The position numbers and the translations under genes are program-made. Below are positions 51,320-63,353 of a stretch of DNA of 64,000 nucleotides, one piece after another. Numbering within the stretch: the stretch's first letter is position 1; every line of letters starts with the position of its first letter. The notes under the pieces are model-generated. The model made no database searches. It had not been told where the DNA came from and was given only the letters and a program-made list of their open reading frames with translations. This DNA comes from Octopus vulgaris (lineage: Eukaryota), in NCBI GenBank assembly GCA_951406725.2, contig OX597815.1:106020001-106084000 (forward strand), written 5' to 3'.

Positions 51320-52550
51320 TACAGAGGTAGAGAAAATCTCTTGTGGTATTTATGTCTCCACATTCTTAGTTCAAATACTACTTGGGTTGACTTTTTTATC
51401 TTTCTGGTTGGGGGTTGATAAAGTACTAGTCAAGTACTGGAATCAATTTTTGTTCATTACCCAATAAATTTCTGTCCTTATACCTATGTCAGAAATAATT
51501 ATTATCATTGTTAAATCAGTGGTCAAGTTATGAGGTTGATATAATTGCTTGTTTCTTTCCCACTAAATTTTTGGCCTTGTGCCAATGATAGAAATTATTT
51601 TCACTTCCAAGAACAGTGTAGTGGTAGAAACAATACTGTCAAACTAAATGTTTTGCAGTATCATATTACATTGCTTATAATCTGAGTACAAATCCCTTTA
51701 ATGTTAAACTTGCTTTCGTTCTTCTATGAGCAATAAAAATAAGTGTCAGTTGTGTATTAAGATTGATTTGATTGATTATATTTCTCTCTTACAAATTAAT
51801 GATCTTGTACCAGAATGATAAGTCATTATTATTAGCAATATTTCATGATCTAATACTAGGGTTTTGGATTCACTTGCTCTACATTTCTACTATTATTATT
51901 TCCTAATTACATTTGAAACCAATAAAAATAGAATTTCTTTTACCACAATATGAAGAAGACCTAAGTGGTGTCAACTGTTTTAAGCAATCATCTCTTTACA
52001 TTCTAACTACAAATCTGTTAAGAATTAACTTGACTTTCCATCTCTCAGTACTTTACCAAGTAATATTCCATTACTATACTTATTCCCTTATCAAAATTGG
52101 CTTTGTGGTTTGTTTAAAAGAATATCAGTTTGTATCATTCAGACACTTGGGGATTCTTTTTCTTTTGATGTCCTGATATCTTAACATTTTCCTATATTCA
52201 TGTCTTTAGCCTATTATAGTGTCCGTGGATGGTATTTAGCTACTGTATTATACTATTAATAGAGGATACATAGCTATTTTATTATGATGTTAATGATTGA
52301 TACTGAGCTACTATATTGTGATGTTAAGGAGTAAGGTGACAAACTGGTAGACTTATTAGTGAGTCAAACAAAATGCATAGTGGCATTTCTTCTGGCTCTT
52401 CATGTTCTGGGTTCAAATTCTGCTGAGGTTGACTTTATCTTTTATTTTTTCAAGTTCAATAAAATAAATATCAGTTGAACATTGAAGTTGATGTAATTGA
52501 CTTACCCACTCCCTTGAAATTAGCCTTCTGCCTAAATCTGAAGCCATCAT
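51320..52550 (+). mobile_element. Old, degenerate (ATT)-tailed SINE cluster
   Basis: Several weak copies; the best preserved is at 52330-52550. Confidence 0.55.
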
Positions 52551-53551
52551 GACATTAAGGAATGATACTTAATCTGTTGTAGTGTTAATGACTGGCTTTT
52601 AACTACTTTGTTTATGCTGTTAATTGGCTGGTACTAATCATTGCATTATTGTGTTTGGTAACTGGTTATTACCTAGTATATTATGAATGATGGATGATAC
52701 TTAGCTGCTGCACAATATATTAGGATGTTAATGGCTCCTGTATCATCATAAACTCAATAAGACAAGAGTTAATTAAGCACCTTCCCATGAAAGCATTTTA
52801 GGCTCAAAAACCTAAACTTGCATCTTTGCTGGGTTATGGGACTCACATTTGTCTGAAATATAACACTTTTCCCTGGTTTTTGATCAACTGTAAAAAAAAA
52901 AAAAAGGATGCTGAATTGACATAATTAATAATTCCAAATTCAATTCACATGTAATTACCTTGATGTGTCTTCCTTCCAGGGTTTTAATATAATAAATATC
53001 AGTTAAGTCCTGGAGACAAGATAATCAACTCTAAAATTCATAACCTTGTGCTTATGTTAGAAAATAGTATTGATAATACCATATATATCCCAGTTTTAGA
53101 ATAAGTACATTGCATCTTTGCATGTCATAAGAAGCAACTAAAAGACATAGCAACAGGAAGAACATTCTACTGTAAAACATTGCTTCAGAAAACTCAGCAA
53201 ACCTATACCATCGTGGAAAAGGGGACGTAAAACAATAATGATGAGTATCACTATTTCATAACCTAAAAGTGGGTCTTTGAATTTTCATGTCACATTTCTT
53301 CAAATAACATCAGTTAATTTCTCCACAATTTTTCTCATAATTGCTGTCAGACTTCAAAGAATAAAAGAAAAATATACATTTTGTTTTTCTTGACATCATA
53401 TGAAAACACTAAAGGAAAAAGGTGTCAAAGGACGCAATCAGTTAAAATAGATATAAACTATATTTATTTGCTTATAATTCTACTCATGTACAAGCAAGGT
53501 AGCTAGTTAGAAAATCTCTATAAGAGATGAAAGTAGTAACTATACTGAGAA

Positions 53552-53701
53552 GTAATGTTTATCACCACATCAATTTGGCTGTTCAATATTACTACCATTT
53601 TTAACCCTAGGAAGAGCCTCTTCCAGTTGGAGGAGGCTCTTCCTGGGGTTAAAAATGGTAGTAACATTAAACAGCCATATTGGTGTGGCAATAAACATTA
53701 C
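53552..53701. repeat. 150-bp palindrome (MITE-like hairpin)
   Basis: GTAATGTTTAT...GGAAGAGCCTCTTCCA|GT|TGGAGGAGGCTCTTCC...ATAAACATTAC; arms of about 74 bp with few mismatches. Confidence 0.88.
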
Positions 53702-53739
53702 GTATACTTACATATAATATATATTCATTTTTGTTGCAG

Positions 53740-53894
53740 GTGCAAGTTAACAAAACAGTGACAGAGTCTCTTTATAAACAATTAAATACTTGTATTCAAA
53801 TGACCAACTCCTTCAGAGATTCTATCATCATGTTGCAAACAAGTATTTTTGTTCACCAAGGAAATTCTTTGGCTGCAAGAAGTGCTTCTCATAT
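53740..53894 (+). CDS. Dynein heavy chain-like exon 6 (VQVNKTVTESLYKQLNTCIQMTNSFRDS...RSASH)
   Basis: ttgcag / AT|gtaact, phase 0/2. Bridges exons 5 and 7 and has the L..CI.....F pattern. Confidence 0.72.
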
Positions 53895-53929
53895 GTAACT
53901 ATATTTCCAAAACTTTCAATATTTACAGA

Positions 53930-54670
53930 ATGCATTTTATTGGATATGAGAAGGAGCATGACAATTGTAAAACTGAAAGAAGCTTTTCAGTGTCTAAGAT
54001 AGTGTTTAAGAATTGGCCAAAAAATAAAGACCACACCCAAAAGAGTATGCCAAAACCTGAGCGTGCTGGGCAAGTTTCCATCTCACCCTATAAGAAATTT
54101 GAAAAGGATCTATATGCTTGGGTGTGCTAACTATGTCCATAACTCTCTGTTAGAACCAAAGTATTTCAGCCTTCTGCTAATTCAAAATACAATAGCTCAC
54201 TGAAATTTCATGCATCAGTAGACTAGCGTGCCAAGTTCATGAACCAAAATGTAATAGGATTTTATCAGCAAAATGATTTTTCCCAAAATTACCAAAAGTT
54301 GTGCCTAATAAAGCTGAAAGGTCTCAGAAGTTTAACTATGTGATTACAATTTGTCAGCAACTGGAAATATTGATATGCCAAGCAATACCACTGTAGCTTT
54401 TCAGAACCATTGAATTTTTTACTCAATAACTCTTAAATTATTATATCTTGAGATGGTCATAGATGATTTCAGTAAGCAACAAACTGATGAAAGAAGGAGG
54501 TGCCTTAAAACAACTAGGCTTAAACATATTTATTAACTGGATGAAAGGCACTCAAGAGAGTATATCTTATATGATGGTAAAGTCATTCAAATATGTAAGT
54601 AAGATGAAGGATAAATTGGATGATTGTTATCAGACTGAGACTAGTTGATGATGATGCAGTGATGAGAATT
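53930..54670 (+). mobile_element. pogo/Tigger-like transposase relic
   Basis: YEKEHDNCKTERSFSV (Brinker-DBD-like), FEKDLYAWV and FHASVD..AKF (CENP-B HTH-like), SISYMMVKSFK motifs. Confidence 0.6.
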
Positions 54671-54902
54671 TTGAAAAGAGGAAAATTTTGTTTTCCTTGC
54701 AATGCTTGACAAAATTATTGAAATATGATTTGTTATACATAAGCTATAGTTTTTAATGTTTAAAGTAAATTTCATTTCTTTTTGTCACATTATGGGTTTC
54801 AATGATATATATTGTTTATGGATAATTATAATTGGTGAGTAAATATGAAATAAGAATATATTTAGATCAAAAGCATATCACATTACAGCATTTTATTTAA
54901 CA

Positions 54903-56120
54903 TTGTGCAAACTCTTACAAGCCATGTACAGAGATGTTGTCAATAAGGTGAAAGTTGGCAACAAGTATAGCAATGAATTTAGTGTACAGGTAGGAGTTCA
55001 CCTAGGCTTAGTTCTCACCCCACTCTTGTTTATCATGGTCCTTCAGGTTATAACAGAGGAATTTAAGACTGACTATTCTTGGGAGCTCCTCTACATTGAT
55101 GACCTTGTTCTTATAGTTGAATCACTACCAGGACTACAGGAGAAATTTTTGGTGTGAAAGCAAGGTCTGGAATCAGTGGACCTTAGAGTAAATTTAGCAA
55201 AGATCAAAGCCCTAGCAAGTAGGAAAACAGATAAATCACAAATCATTTCAATGGAATGGCCCTGTTTGAGCAATATCAGAGGAAGGTTAACAGAGAAAGT
55301 AGTCTTTGTGTGAAAGATGTATAGGTACAATAAACACTAAGAATGTACAGAAAATAGACCTCCTCAGATGCCCAGGGGAATACTTAGTAGAAGTAGATAG
55401 CTTCTGTCACCTAGGTGACCAAGTCAGCAGTGGAAGAGTGTAGCTACTAGTATAAGAATGGGCTGGACAAAATTTAGAGAGCTACAACTTTTGTTGGCAA
55501 CAAAGGGACTTTCTGTCAGAATAAAAGGTAGATTGTATGATACTGCGTATGAACAGCCATGCTATATGGCAGTGAAACATGGTCTATGACTGCAGAGGAT
55601 GTGTGAATGTTTGAAAGAAATAAAGCCAGCTTGTACAACAGAGTGTGAGTGTTTTAAGAGAAAAATTTGGTATTAGAGGCATCAGATGTGGTGTGCAAGA
55701 GAGAAGACTGCACTGGTATAGTGTTGTGCTGTGTATGAAAGAGGAAATTATGTAAAGAAGTGTTGATATTTAACCATGGAAGGGGCAGACCCAGGAAGAT
55801 GTGGGATGAGGTGGTGAAATATGATCTTCAGTTGTTGAACCTCATGGAGGTAATGACAAGAGAGTACGACTTCGGCTATTTGCTGTGCTTGGAAGACATG
55901 TCAAGCTAAGTGAATTGTGGTCAGGGCCATTGCAGGTGCCATGTGAAAAGAACATGTGCCAATGACACCTAAAATGTACCTGTACTGGTGACAAAAAAAC
56001 ACCCAGTACACTCTGTGAAGTGATTGGCATTAGGAAGGGCATTCAGCTATAGAAACCAAGCCAAAACAGAGTCTGAAACAGCTTCAGTCAAAACGTCTAA
56101 CTTATGCCAACATGGAAAAC
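54903..56120 (+). mobile_element. Decayed RTE-LINE 3' part
   Basis: Homologous to 44060-45620 (MYRDVVNKVKVG, WELLYIDDLVL). Confidence 0.88.
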
Positions 56121-56661
56121 AAGCTTTGTATTTATAGATCAAAATAGAAAATAAAGAACTTATAAAACAGGAAATATTCACTTATCTGGCTGGCCATGAT
56201 AAGTTCTAAATCCCTTATTAACAAGACTTGAAATCAGTTATTGTAACCATGAATTATTACTGCTCCATATGGAACTTGAGCAAACCTCACAATGCATCGT
56301 CTCTGTATTGTTGCTATGTAATTTGCTTCCCTTGCTAAGTTTTTAAATATGCTTTTCATGTCAGAAAATGTGTTTGATATAATTAAACTATGGAGGAAAT
56401 GATGTGTATATGCCAGTGAAGTCAGAGTGTGTTCTTTTGTTATTATTACTGCATGTGATGAAATTGAATATGTTGCTTTGCTGTACATGATTAAATAAAG
56501 AGAATTATTAAATATAGACAATTAACTTCATTGACATGGATTTAATTTAAGCACTACCAAATGATTTGTTTCCATGTAACTCTATTAGTTATATTAAGTG
56601 GGAGTGAATATAATATTTAATATCGAATATTCTGATGGCAATTTCATCCAAGCATATTTAA

Positions 56662-56878
56662 CCCTTTAGTATTCACATTCCGTTGAAAGTAATACTTACT
56701 TATTCACTTTGTTTTGAATTAATCATGCATTATCTTGTAGCTTTAAGATTTTGAGGAGGTAACTATTAATTTTTAGAATGACATTGTGAGGCTGGCGTGA
56801 GAGGCTAGATCTGGACAATTTGAATATAAAATAACTTGAATATTTGGGCCAGATATGGCCAGTTTAAATGCTAAAGGG
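56662..56878 (+). mobile_element. piggyBac-type MITE copy
   Basis: TTAA|CCCTTTAG...CTAAAGGG|TTtg, homologous to 12099-12318. Confidence 0.8.
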
Positions 56879-57103
56879 TTTGCTGAACCAAGAACATATG
56901 TAAAATGGACGTGTGACTTAGACATGAGGTTTGTACTGGGTATTTTAGAACTAACTTTCACTTTAGAATTGCAGTGGCATAATCTTCAAAATATAAAAAG
57001 CTATCATGATTATTAGTCTGTGTTTGTGCATCTATAGGAATATATACATGTATATTATACTTACATACTTACTTGGGTATCTAATTTGATATTATGCATA
57101 CAG

Positions 57104-57289
57104 CTCTCTGCAGCCATATCCAAATCTCAAACTACAAAGAGCATCAACAACAAACATCAATGATTTCTGCCGAACAATGAAAGGAATTTCCTTTTATGAT
57201 GAAGAAGCCATATTTTCAAACCTACATCCATTAATTCATCAAATGAAGAAAGTTATTTATATTATTGAAACATTTTCCCAATTTTCTCT
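57104..57289 (+). CDS. Dynein heavy chain-like exon 7 (SLQPYPNL...FYDEEAIFSNL...IIETFSQFS)
   Basis: tacag / CT|gtaagt, phase 2/2. E..IF...........T..QF pattern of DHC_N1. Confidence 0.8.
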
Positions 57290-57384
57290 GTAAGTAATTT
57301 TTCACTTGGAATTCTATAACTTAGTAAAATCTAGAATGTTTATTATTGAAGGTTTTCCATTTATTATTGGTGTTTTCTTTGCAG

Positions 57385-57461
57385 TTTAACAAAGTTATCT
57401 GTCAGTCTTCCTCTTTTCAAAAGTGAAGATTTAGAAACTGAAAAGAAAGCAAACATTGAAA
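57385..57461 (+). CDS. Dynein heavy chain-like exon 8 (LTKLSVSLPLFKSEDLETEKKANIE)
   Basis: Follows a 95-nt intron; ttgcag / A|gtaagt, phase 2/1. Confidence 0.78.
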
Positions 57462-58291
57462 GTAAGTAGGAATGTTATTTCCTTGTTGAAATGGTTGCAA
57501 CTATTTTTAACTATGATAGAAAGGTTTGGGTGATTCTGTTGACTCATATTTAGTGATAGTTGTTTATGTTGTTACTTAGCCACTGATCAGGTCTGATTCA
57601 GAAGAGTTATGATCAGATATGTACAAATCATGACTGTCTTTTTTTTTTTAATGTTGGTGGTAGAAGGGCAGTAGGCACTGCATTCTCAACCTTCATAATT
57701 TGATACTTTCTTCCTCTTTTGAGGCAACAGTGTTCTTGAAGATTTGGTTACTTTTTCAAGTAGGTCGCATGACTACTTTTTATTCTCTTGGAGTCAAATA
57801 TGTTGCTGCATTTTAGCTCCAGATTAATCCTTATCAGACAGATATGTCAAAGGCAATCTAGTTATGATCATCCTACGTTTTGCATGTGGTTATCCTTCAT
57901 AACACTAATTAATCATATGACAACTCCCTTCTGAATCAAAGCAGTAAAGTATGGAAATTATCAATTTTATTTTATTATTTAATTCATCACTTAGTAAAGA
58001 AAGGATGGGCAATGTGTATGACCTTTATTTTTCCAGGGTTTCTGAAACTGATGGATTGAAACTGGGAAGTTATTCTTGACCCAGAGGCTTGGCCCAAATG
58101 CTTGCAACAACATCCTATCTGATGCTTTAACAATGATACCAATTCACCTCCTTGGGCTGGTACTTTATTTTATCACCCACTGAAGAATTAAGGACAAAAG
58201 GATTTGAATTATAATGCAGATAGTATTTTATTCAATTTGCTGCCCTCACCAATAAGTAGAGAAATAAAAGAGCACACAGTACATGTTTTGG

Positions 58292-58330
<39 letters not shown>

Positions 58331-58432
58331 AGTGTGACTCTGAATGGCATTATGTCGCCTTAATTAAAAAAAATTGTTTGTGAAATGTTAAGTAATGCTA
58401 TTTGAAGTAAACTGCTAATACACACACACGAT

Positions 58433-58465
<33 letters not shown>

Positions 58466-58674
58466 TATGTGAAATAGAAAGATGAATAATCTTGTAGTAG
58501 ATTAATCAAAAGTTTAACCGATACCTTGGTAGCAAAAATCACAGCAGTAAACAGCACGGTTGGCGGTACAACCATATGGTGTTGCAACCGTGCGTTGGTG
58601 CGGATAATTGAAATTAAAATATTATTGGTGAATTGAAGAAATGGAGCTGAACGCAGATTGAACAGAAATCGTTT

Positions 58675-58768
58675 TATTTCATTCTACACGTGTTTCGAAA
58701 GGCACAATTTACCAAAATCCGATTGAATAATGGGACCATATTGTGTCTTTCTCTTCAGGAAGAAAATA
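58675..58768 (-). ncRNA. Second copy of the hammerhead motif, on the opposite strand
   Basis: Reverse complement of 59346-59439. Confidence 0.72.
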
Positions 58769-59345
58769 GGAAATCCGTTGGAAAAAACAAAAACAGAACA
58801 GAGGCGGAGCAAAAACAAATCGAACTAGGCTCCTAAGAGCCCATGGCGAAACTGTTTATCAGTGTATGTTGAGAACCAGTGGCTGAAGAATTTAACGGGT
58901 CAGGCATCGGTCAATCATGTGGGTGAGGGTGTGTAGATGTACTTTGTGACCGAGAATAAAGTTCTGACTATTTAAGGAATATTGGATGTTTTATAAGGGG
59001 CGAGAAAAAATCTACTTAGAGACGTGTGTGTGTATACTGTTCTATATATGTGTGTGTTGGCGTAGGGGTAGAAAACATTTTTTTGTGTACGTGTGTGCGT
59101 TTGATCGTTCGGCTGTCAGTGGCTACTGCAGTGAGAACCATTGGGTGGCAGAAAAAAATATATATATTATGTTTTATGTGTGTGTGTGTTCATCTAAGCC
59201 TGCCTTGTCAAGGAAACCCCCCGTTGTGAAAAAACCAAGCCCCGTTTATCTTACAGGAGTAATTCCCCTTGCAGTGGTTAATCGTAGATATCTTAAAGGC
59301 TATTTCAGAATTTGTTACCAAGGGCGTTTTTTCCAACGGATTTCC

Positions 59346-59439
59346 TATTTTCTTCCTGAAGAGAAAGACACAATATGGTCCCATTATTCAATCGGATTTT
59401 GGTAAATTGTGCCTTTCGAAACACGTGTAGAATGAAATA
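59346..59439 (+). ncRNA. Type I hammerhead ribozyme motif
   Basis: Stem I tattttcttc/gaatgaaata; CUGAAGA at 59356-59362; stem II gaaagacacaat/attgtgcctttc; GAAA at 59418-59421; minimal stem III C-acgt-G; GUA cleavage triplet at 59427-59429. Confidence 0.75.
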
Positions 59440-59487
59440 AAACGATTTCTGTTCAATCTGCGTTCAGCTCCATTTCTTCAATTCACC

Positions 59488-59542
<55 letters not shown>

Positions 59543-59595
59543 TACATACAGGGAAAGAGAAAGAGCATTAAAATATTTTAAACATTGCTTTACAG

Positions 59596-59790
59596 TGTTG
59601 AATGAAGACAGATCTGCAGTTTTTCAACCTATGCATGACATCAAAGACTGTAGCCTTCCAGCAGTTAAGGAAGAAGATGCACATGAGGAAAAAGAAAATG
59701 AGGAAAAACTGGAAGAAATATGTGATATCAAGAAAAGAAACAATTTAGTGCATCACAAAAAGGAATACAATTCAAATGACTATATTTTAA
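59596..59790 (+). CDS. Dynein heavy chain-like exon 9, acidic/low complexity (LNEDRSAVFQ...EEDAHEEKENEEKLEE...DYIL)
   Basis: ttacag / A|gtaagc, phase 1/1 (symmetric, 195 nt). Confidence 0.72.
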
Positions 59791-60107
59791 GTAAGCATGA
59801 CTGAAATTTCAACTATTTTGAAGTTGTTTTATATAACTTTTCTTTCTTCTAAAAATATTATAAAGTAAATTGATTGTTCTGGGTATGTTAGACTACATCA
59901 TTCTTCTGAATTATGTCATATTTGAACATTGTTCTCTAAAATTGAAGTATATGGACATATACCAATTCTAGTATTGTAAAATCTTGTTCTATCATATGTA
60001 TTTTATGATGTATGGTTATATCTTATCATATTATTGTATGGCAATGATGCTCATTTTACAATCATCATGTAATGTCTAGATAAAGATACATGGGAACATA
60101 CACACAC

Positions 60108-60160
<53 letters not shown>

Positions 60161-60373
60161 ATGGACTCCTTTCAGTTTATGCCTTCCAAATCCACTCAAA
60201 GCCTTTGGTTGGCCTAAGACTATAATAGAAGGCACTGGCCTAAAGGGCTGTGCAGAGGGACTAAACCTAAGGCCATATAATTGTGAAGCAAGCTTCTTAG
60301 CCACTCACCACACCTATACCTTATAAACACACACCCAGATGATGATAACGATGACAAACTTCTTTTTTTATAG

Positions 60374-60498
60374 AAACATATTTTGCTGATGAAGAAAATT
60401 GTTCTATTTTGTTGAATGTATTTGGTAACACAATGAGAAATCTAACGAAGATCGTTCAAAAGATAACTACAGTCGATGTATTGCATACTAATTTAGAT
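60374..60498 (+). CDS. Dynein heavy chain-like exon 10 (TYFADEENCSILLNVFG...LHTNLD)
   Basis: tatag / GAT|gtaagt, phase 1/0. Confidence 0.75.
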
Positions 60499-61327
60499 GT
60501 AAGTGGAAATTACAATTTCATAGGGAAATATTCTCAGTCACTGTATATGCATATGTGCTTACTCTATTACTTGTTCCAGTTACTGAGTTATTGCTCATGC
60601 TGAAGTACCACTGTCAATTAAATAAAAATCCATAAATTTACATTGTCTGGAAGTGGAAACCAGATAATCTGCTTAGGAGGTTACCTTACTAATTGGTCTA
60701 GAAGATCCTTGAGTGTATCTTATGGTCAGTGGTCTGGTGGGGTATATGAAATTTAAGTGTAAGTAAATGGTTCATGACAGTCAATCAAGTCATGTCAAAG
60801 GTCCTGTAAGTAAGGTCAGAACTGACATTAAATTCTATTAAAAATTTAGTGAACTGGTAGGTACTCACTAAAATATTGTTCTTATCTTCTTTACATACCT
60901 ATGGACTTATATCAAAAAGCTGCTGTGTTGGTTGGGACAAATTAAATTGTCTAACAGATTCACTGTAATGATTGGTAATAAGAAAGGTATGGAAGTGTTT
61001 TTTGTCATTGAGGGTATGAGAATGGTGAGTTGATGTAACAGAGGAGATAATTCTCATGTTTTGTTTGTAGATCAACAGCAAAGAGAAGCCACTTTTTATT
61101 GAGGAGTATCTAAGGTTTGTAAGATGCTCTAGCTTGCTCAATAAAGCTGACCCCTTTCCATGACATTAATATTTTTGTCTGCCTTTTCACCTAATCTCTG
61201 CTCTTTGTTTTAGTTTTTCGTCTTTGTAATGTTCCTCTTTTGATGCCTTTGCAACAAATAAAGAAGTTATTAAGTAGTTACAAAATTTTCCAGAAAACTA
61301 TTAAATAAACGAATTTCTGATTTATAG

Positions 61328-61464
61328 GACTCTGGTGAACTCAACAATTTATATTGTGAATTCCAATCAATTATTACAGAAAGTGAATTACTAATAAGAA
61401 GTTATTTGGATGCTATATTCAGAAAAGATCTATCAGTAGAACAATCACTTGACATACTTGACAG
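61328..61464 (+). CDS. Dynein heavy chain-like exon 11 (DSGELNNLYCEFQSII...YLDAIF...EQSLDILD); gene continues beyond the window
   Basis: tatag / AG|gtaaac, phase 0/2. Y.EF...I...E.......F......E..L..L pattern of DHC_N1. Confidence 0.82.
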
Positions 61465-61959
61465 GTAAACAGTAATCTTTATGGAACAATCTATGCAGTA
61501 GAAATGGAGGAGATGGTGGTGGTGGTGGTTCCGCTGCCACCACTGCTACCTATGTCAGAATTGTAATTTTGAAATTGAATTATACCAACAAAAACAAATA
61601 AATGCATAGTTGAACTCAAACACACATTTCATAGTAGCTACCTTGGTTCATTGACTTCATTATATCATTAATCCATATTTCAAGAACTTAGTAGATTTGC
61701 ACTCCATTCACATGTTTGTTTACTTTTAATCACCAGTGTATGGTGTGTTTTATTGGTTCACCAGCACAAAAGTGGTTATTTACCAAGATTGAAGACTCCT
61801 CTCTTCTCTAGTCAATCATAGCAGCCAATTACTAATTTCAGTCTGCTACTTATTTTATTGATCTATATTTTATCGAATGGCTAAGTTACTATTTGATACA
61901 TTGCTGGCTTTGTTGAGACTGGCAGTATTGTGTCAAACATATAAACACACACCTAAAGC

Positions 61960-62810
61960 CCTCCCATCAAGTCTATAACTGCTACTTCCTCCTTTCTCCC
62001 ACCCAGACAGCTCAGTTCCTCTCCTTGTGCCACTTTTTATTGACATCCTTCCCTCATTTTTTCTTTCATCACTCCATTACTTTTATTTACCATTGTTTTA
62101 CTATCATTTACCCAACTCTGGTTTAAATCCATCTCTCACTTTCCTTCAACTCTCTCGCAACCTTAACCCCTCCCTTCATCTCCCTATCACTTTTCCCTCC
62201 ATCATTCTGCTATATACTGTATTATTCTGCTGATGTAAATAATGAAAAAAAGAGCCTGTTACTACATGTCATATCACCATTTCTGTACTGCATCTATCCC
62301 TCAATCTCCTCTCACTCTCATGCTTTTGCAACCTTATCCGCTCTTCCTGATTCTTTTGTCTCCATGCTCTCTTCTACTCACCTTCTTGGACATGTTATCT
62401 TGGGGGTATGTTTTGGCATCTCATCACCACCATATTTACCACTCTTTCTGGCACTACTCCAGCTACACCCACTAATGTAAAATGTGTGATAGTCATGAAT
62501 TACCTCCACAACAATAAACCTGTATCTTCTCTTCCCATCTTACTTTAACCTCTCAACGCTTCACATAAAGCAACTGCCCATTCTTTCTCTCAAATGTGAA
62601 TGCTCTTTAGTCCTGTGAGTTATGAGGGGATCTCACTATTACTGCTGCCATGCAGAAAGTACCTAGTGCATTCTGTAAAGTGGTTAATGTTAGGAAGTCA
62701 TCCAACTGAAGTAATCATACCAAAACTGAGAGACTAGGGCAAGGCATTGTCTTCCAACCCATTGGATCCTGTCAAAACATCCAACCCAAACCAGCATAAA
62801 AACAGATTTA
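61960..62810 (+). mobile_element. Pyrimidine-rich repeat ending in the RTE-type tail (same family as 6600-7450)
   Basis: CTGTATTATT.TGCTGATGTAA...CCTGTTACTA is shared with 6752-6800. Confidence 0.6.
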
Positions 62811-63290
62811 AAAACGATTTTATTTAAATATATTCATCATCCTTTTTATTGATCTCTTTTCCATGCTTGCATGGTTCAGATTAAATTTGTTGAAGCATAT
62901 TTCCAATAGCTAGATACCTTTCTTGTTGCCAACCTTCACCTATTCCTGAATAAGGTAACATTTCCTTATGGAATACACTTGTCCAATTACCAAGTCATGG
63001 TATTAATTCTGAAACTTGATGGTTGCAAAATTTGTGTGTGTGTGTGTGTGTATTGAATTTTGTATATGTTTGTACAAAATTATATAATTTATATTTTTAA
63101 ACTGTTCGATGTTGTAGATTTTCAAGTGTATCTAAGAGAACAGCATTGGTTCCTAAGATAGAAAGATGTTATGTTAAAGTCTTCAATCATTATGCATCTG
63201 ACTTACTGGAACAATGTGATATTTTTCAGCAAAACAAGGTGAGCAACTATCTACTATTACATACAATTTACATAATTTAATATTTTGCTG

Positions 63291-63353
<63 letters not shown>

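Larger units (their letters stand above)
58468..59490. mobile_element. Non-coding Penelope-like/retrozyme-type element with inverted 165-bp pseudo-LTRs, inserted in (TA)n
   Basis: 58624-58788 is the reverse complement of 59326-59490. Each arm has a hammerhead motif; the element is CpG-rich with (TA)n flanks. Confidence 0.75.

Noticed and set aside
58986-59405. 139-aa ORF inside the inverted-repeat element
   Set aside because: It is TG-repeat-derived, low complexity, and has no RT or endonuclease motifs.
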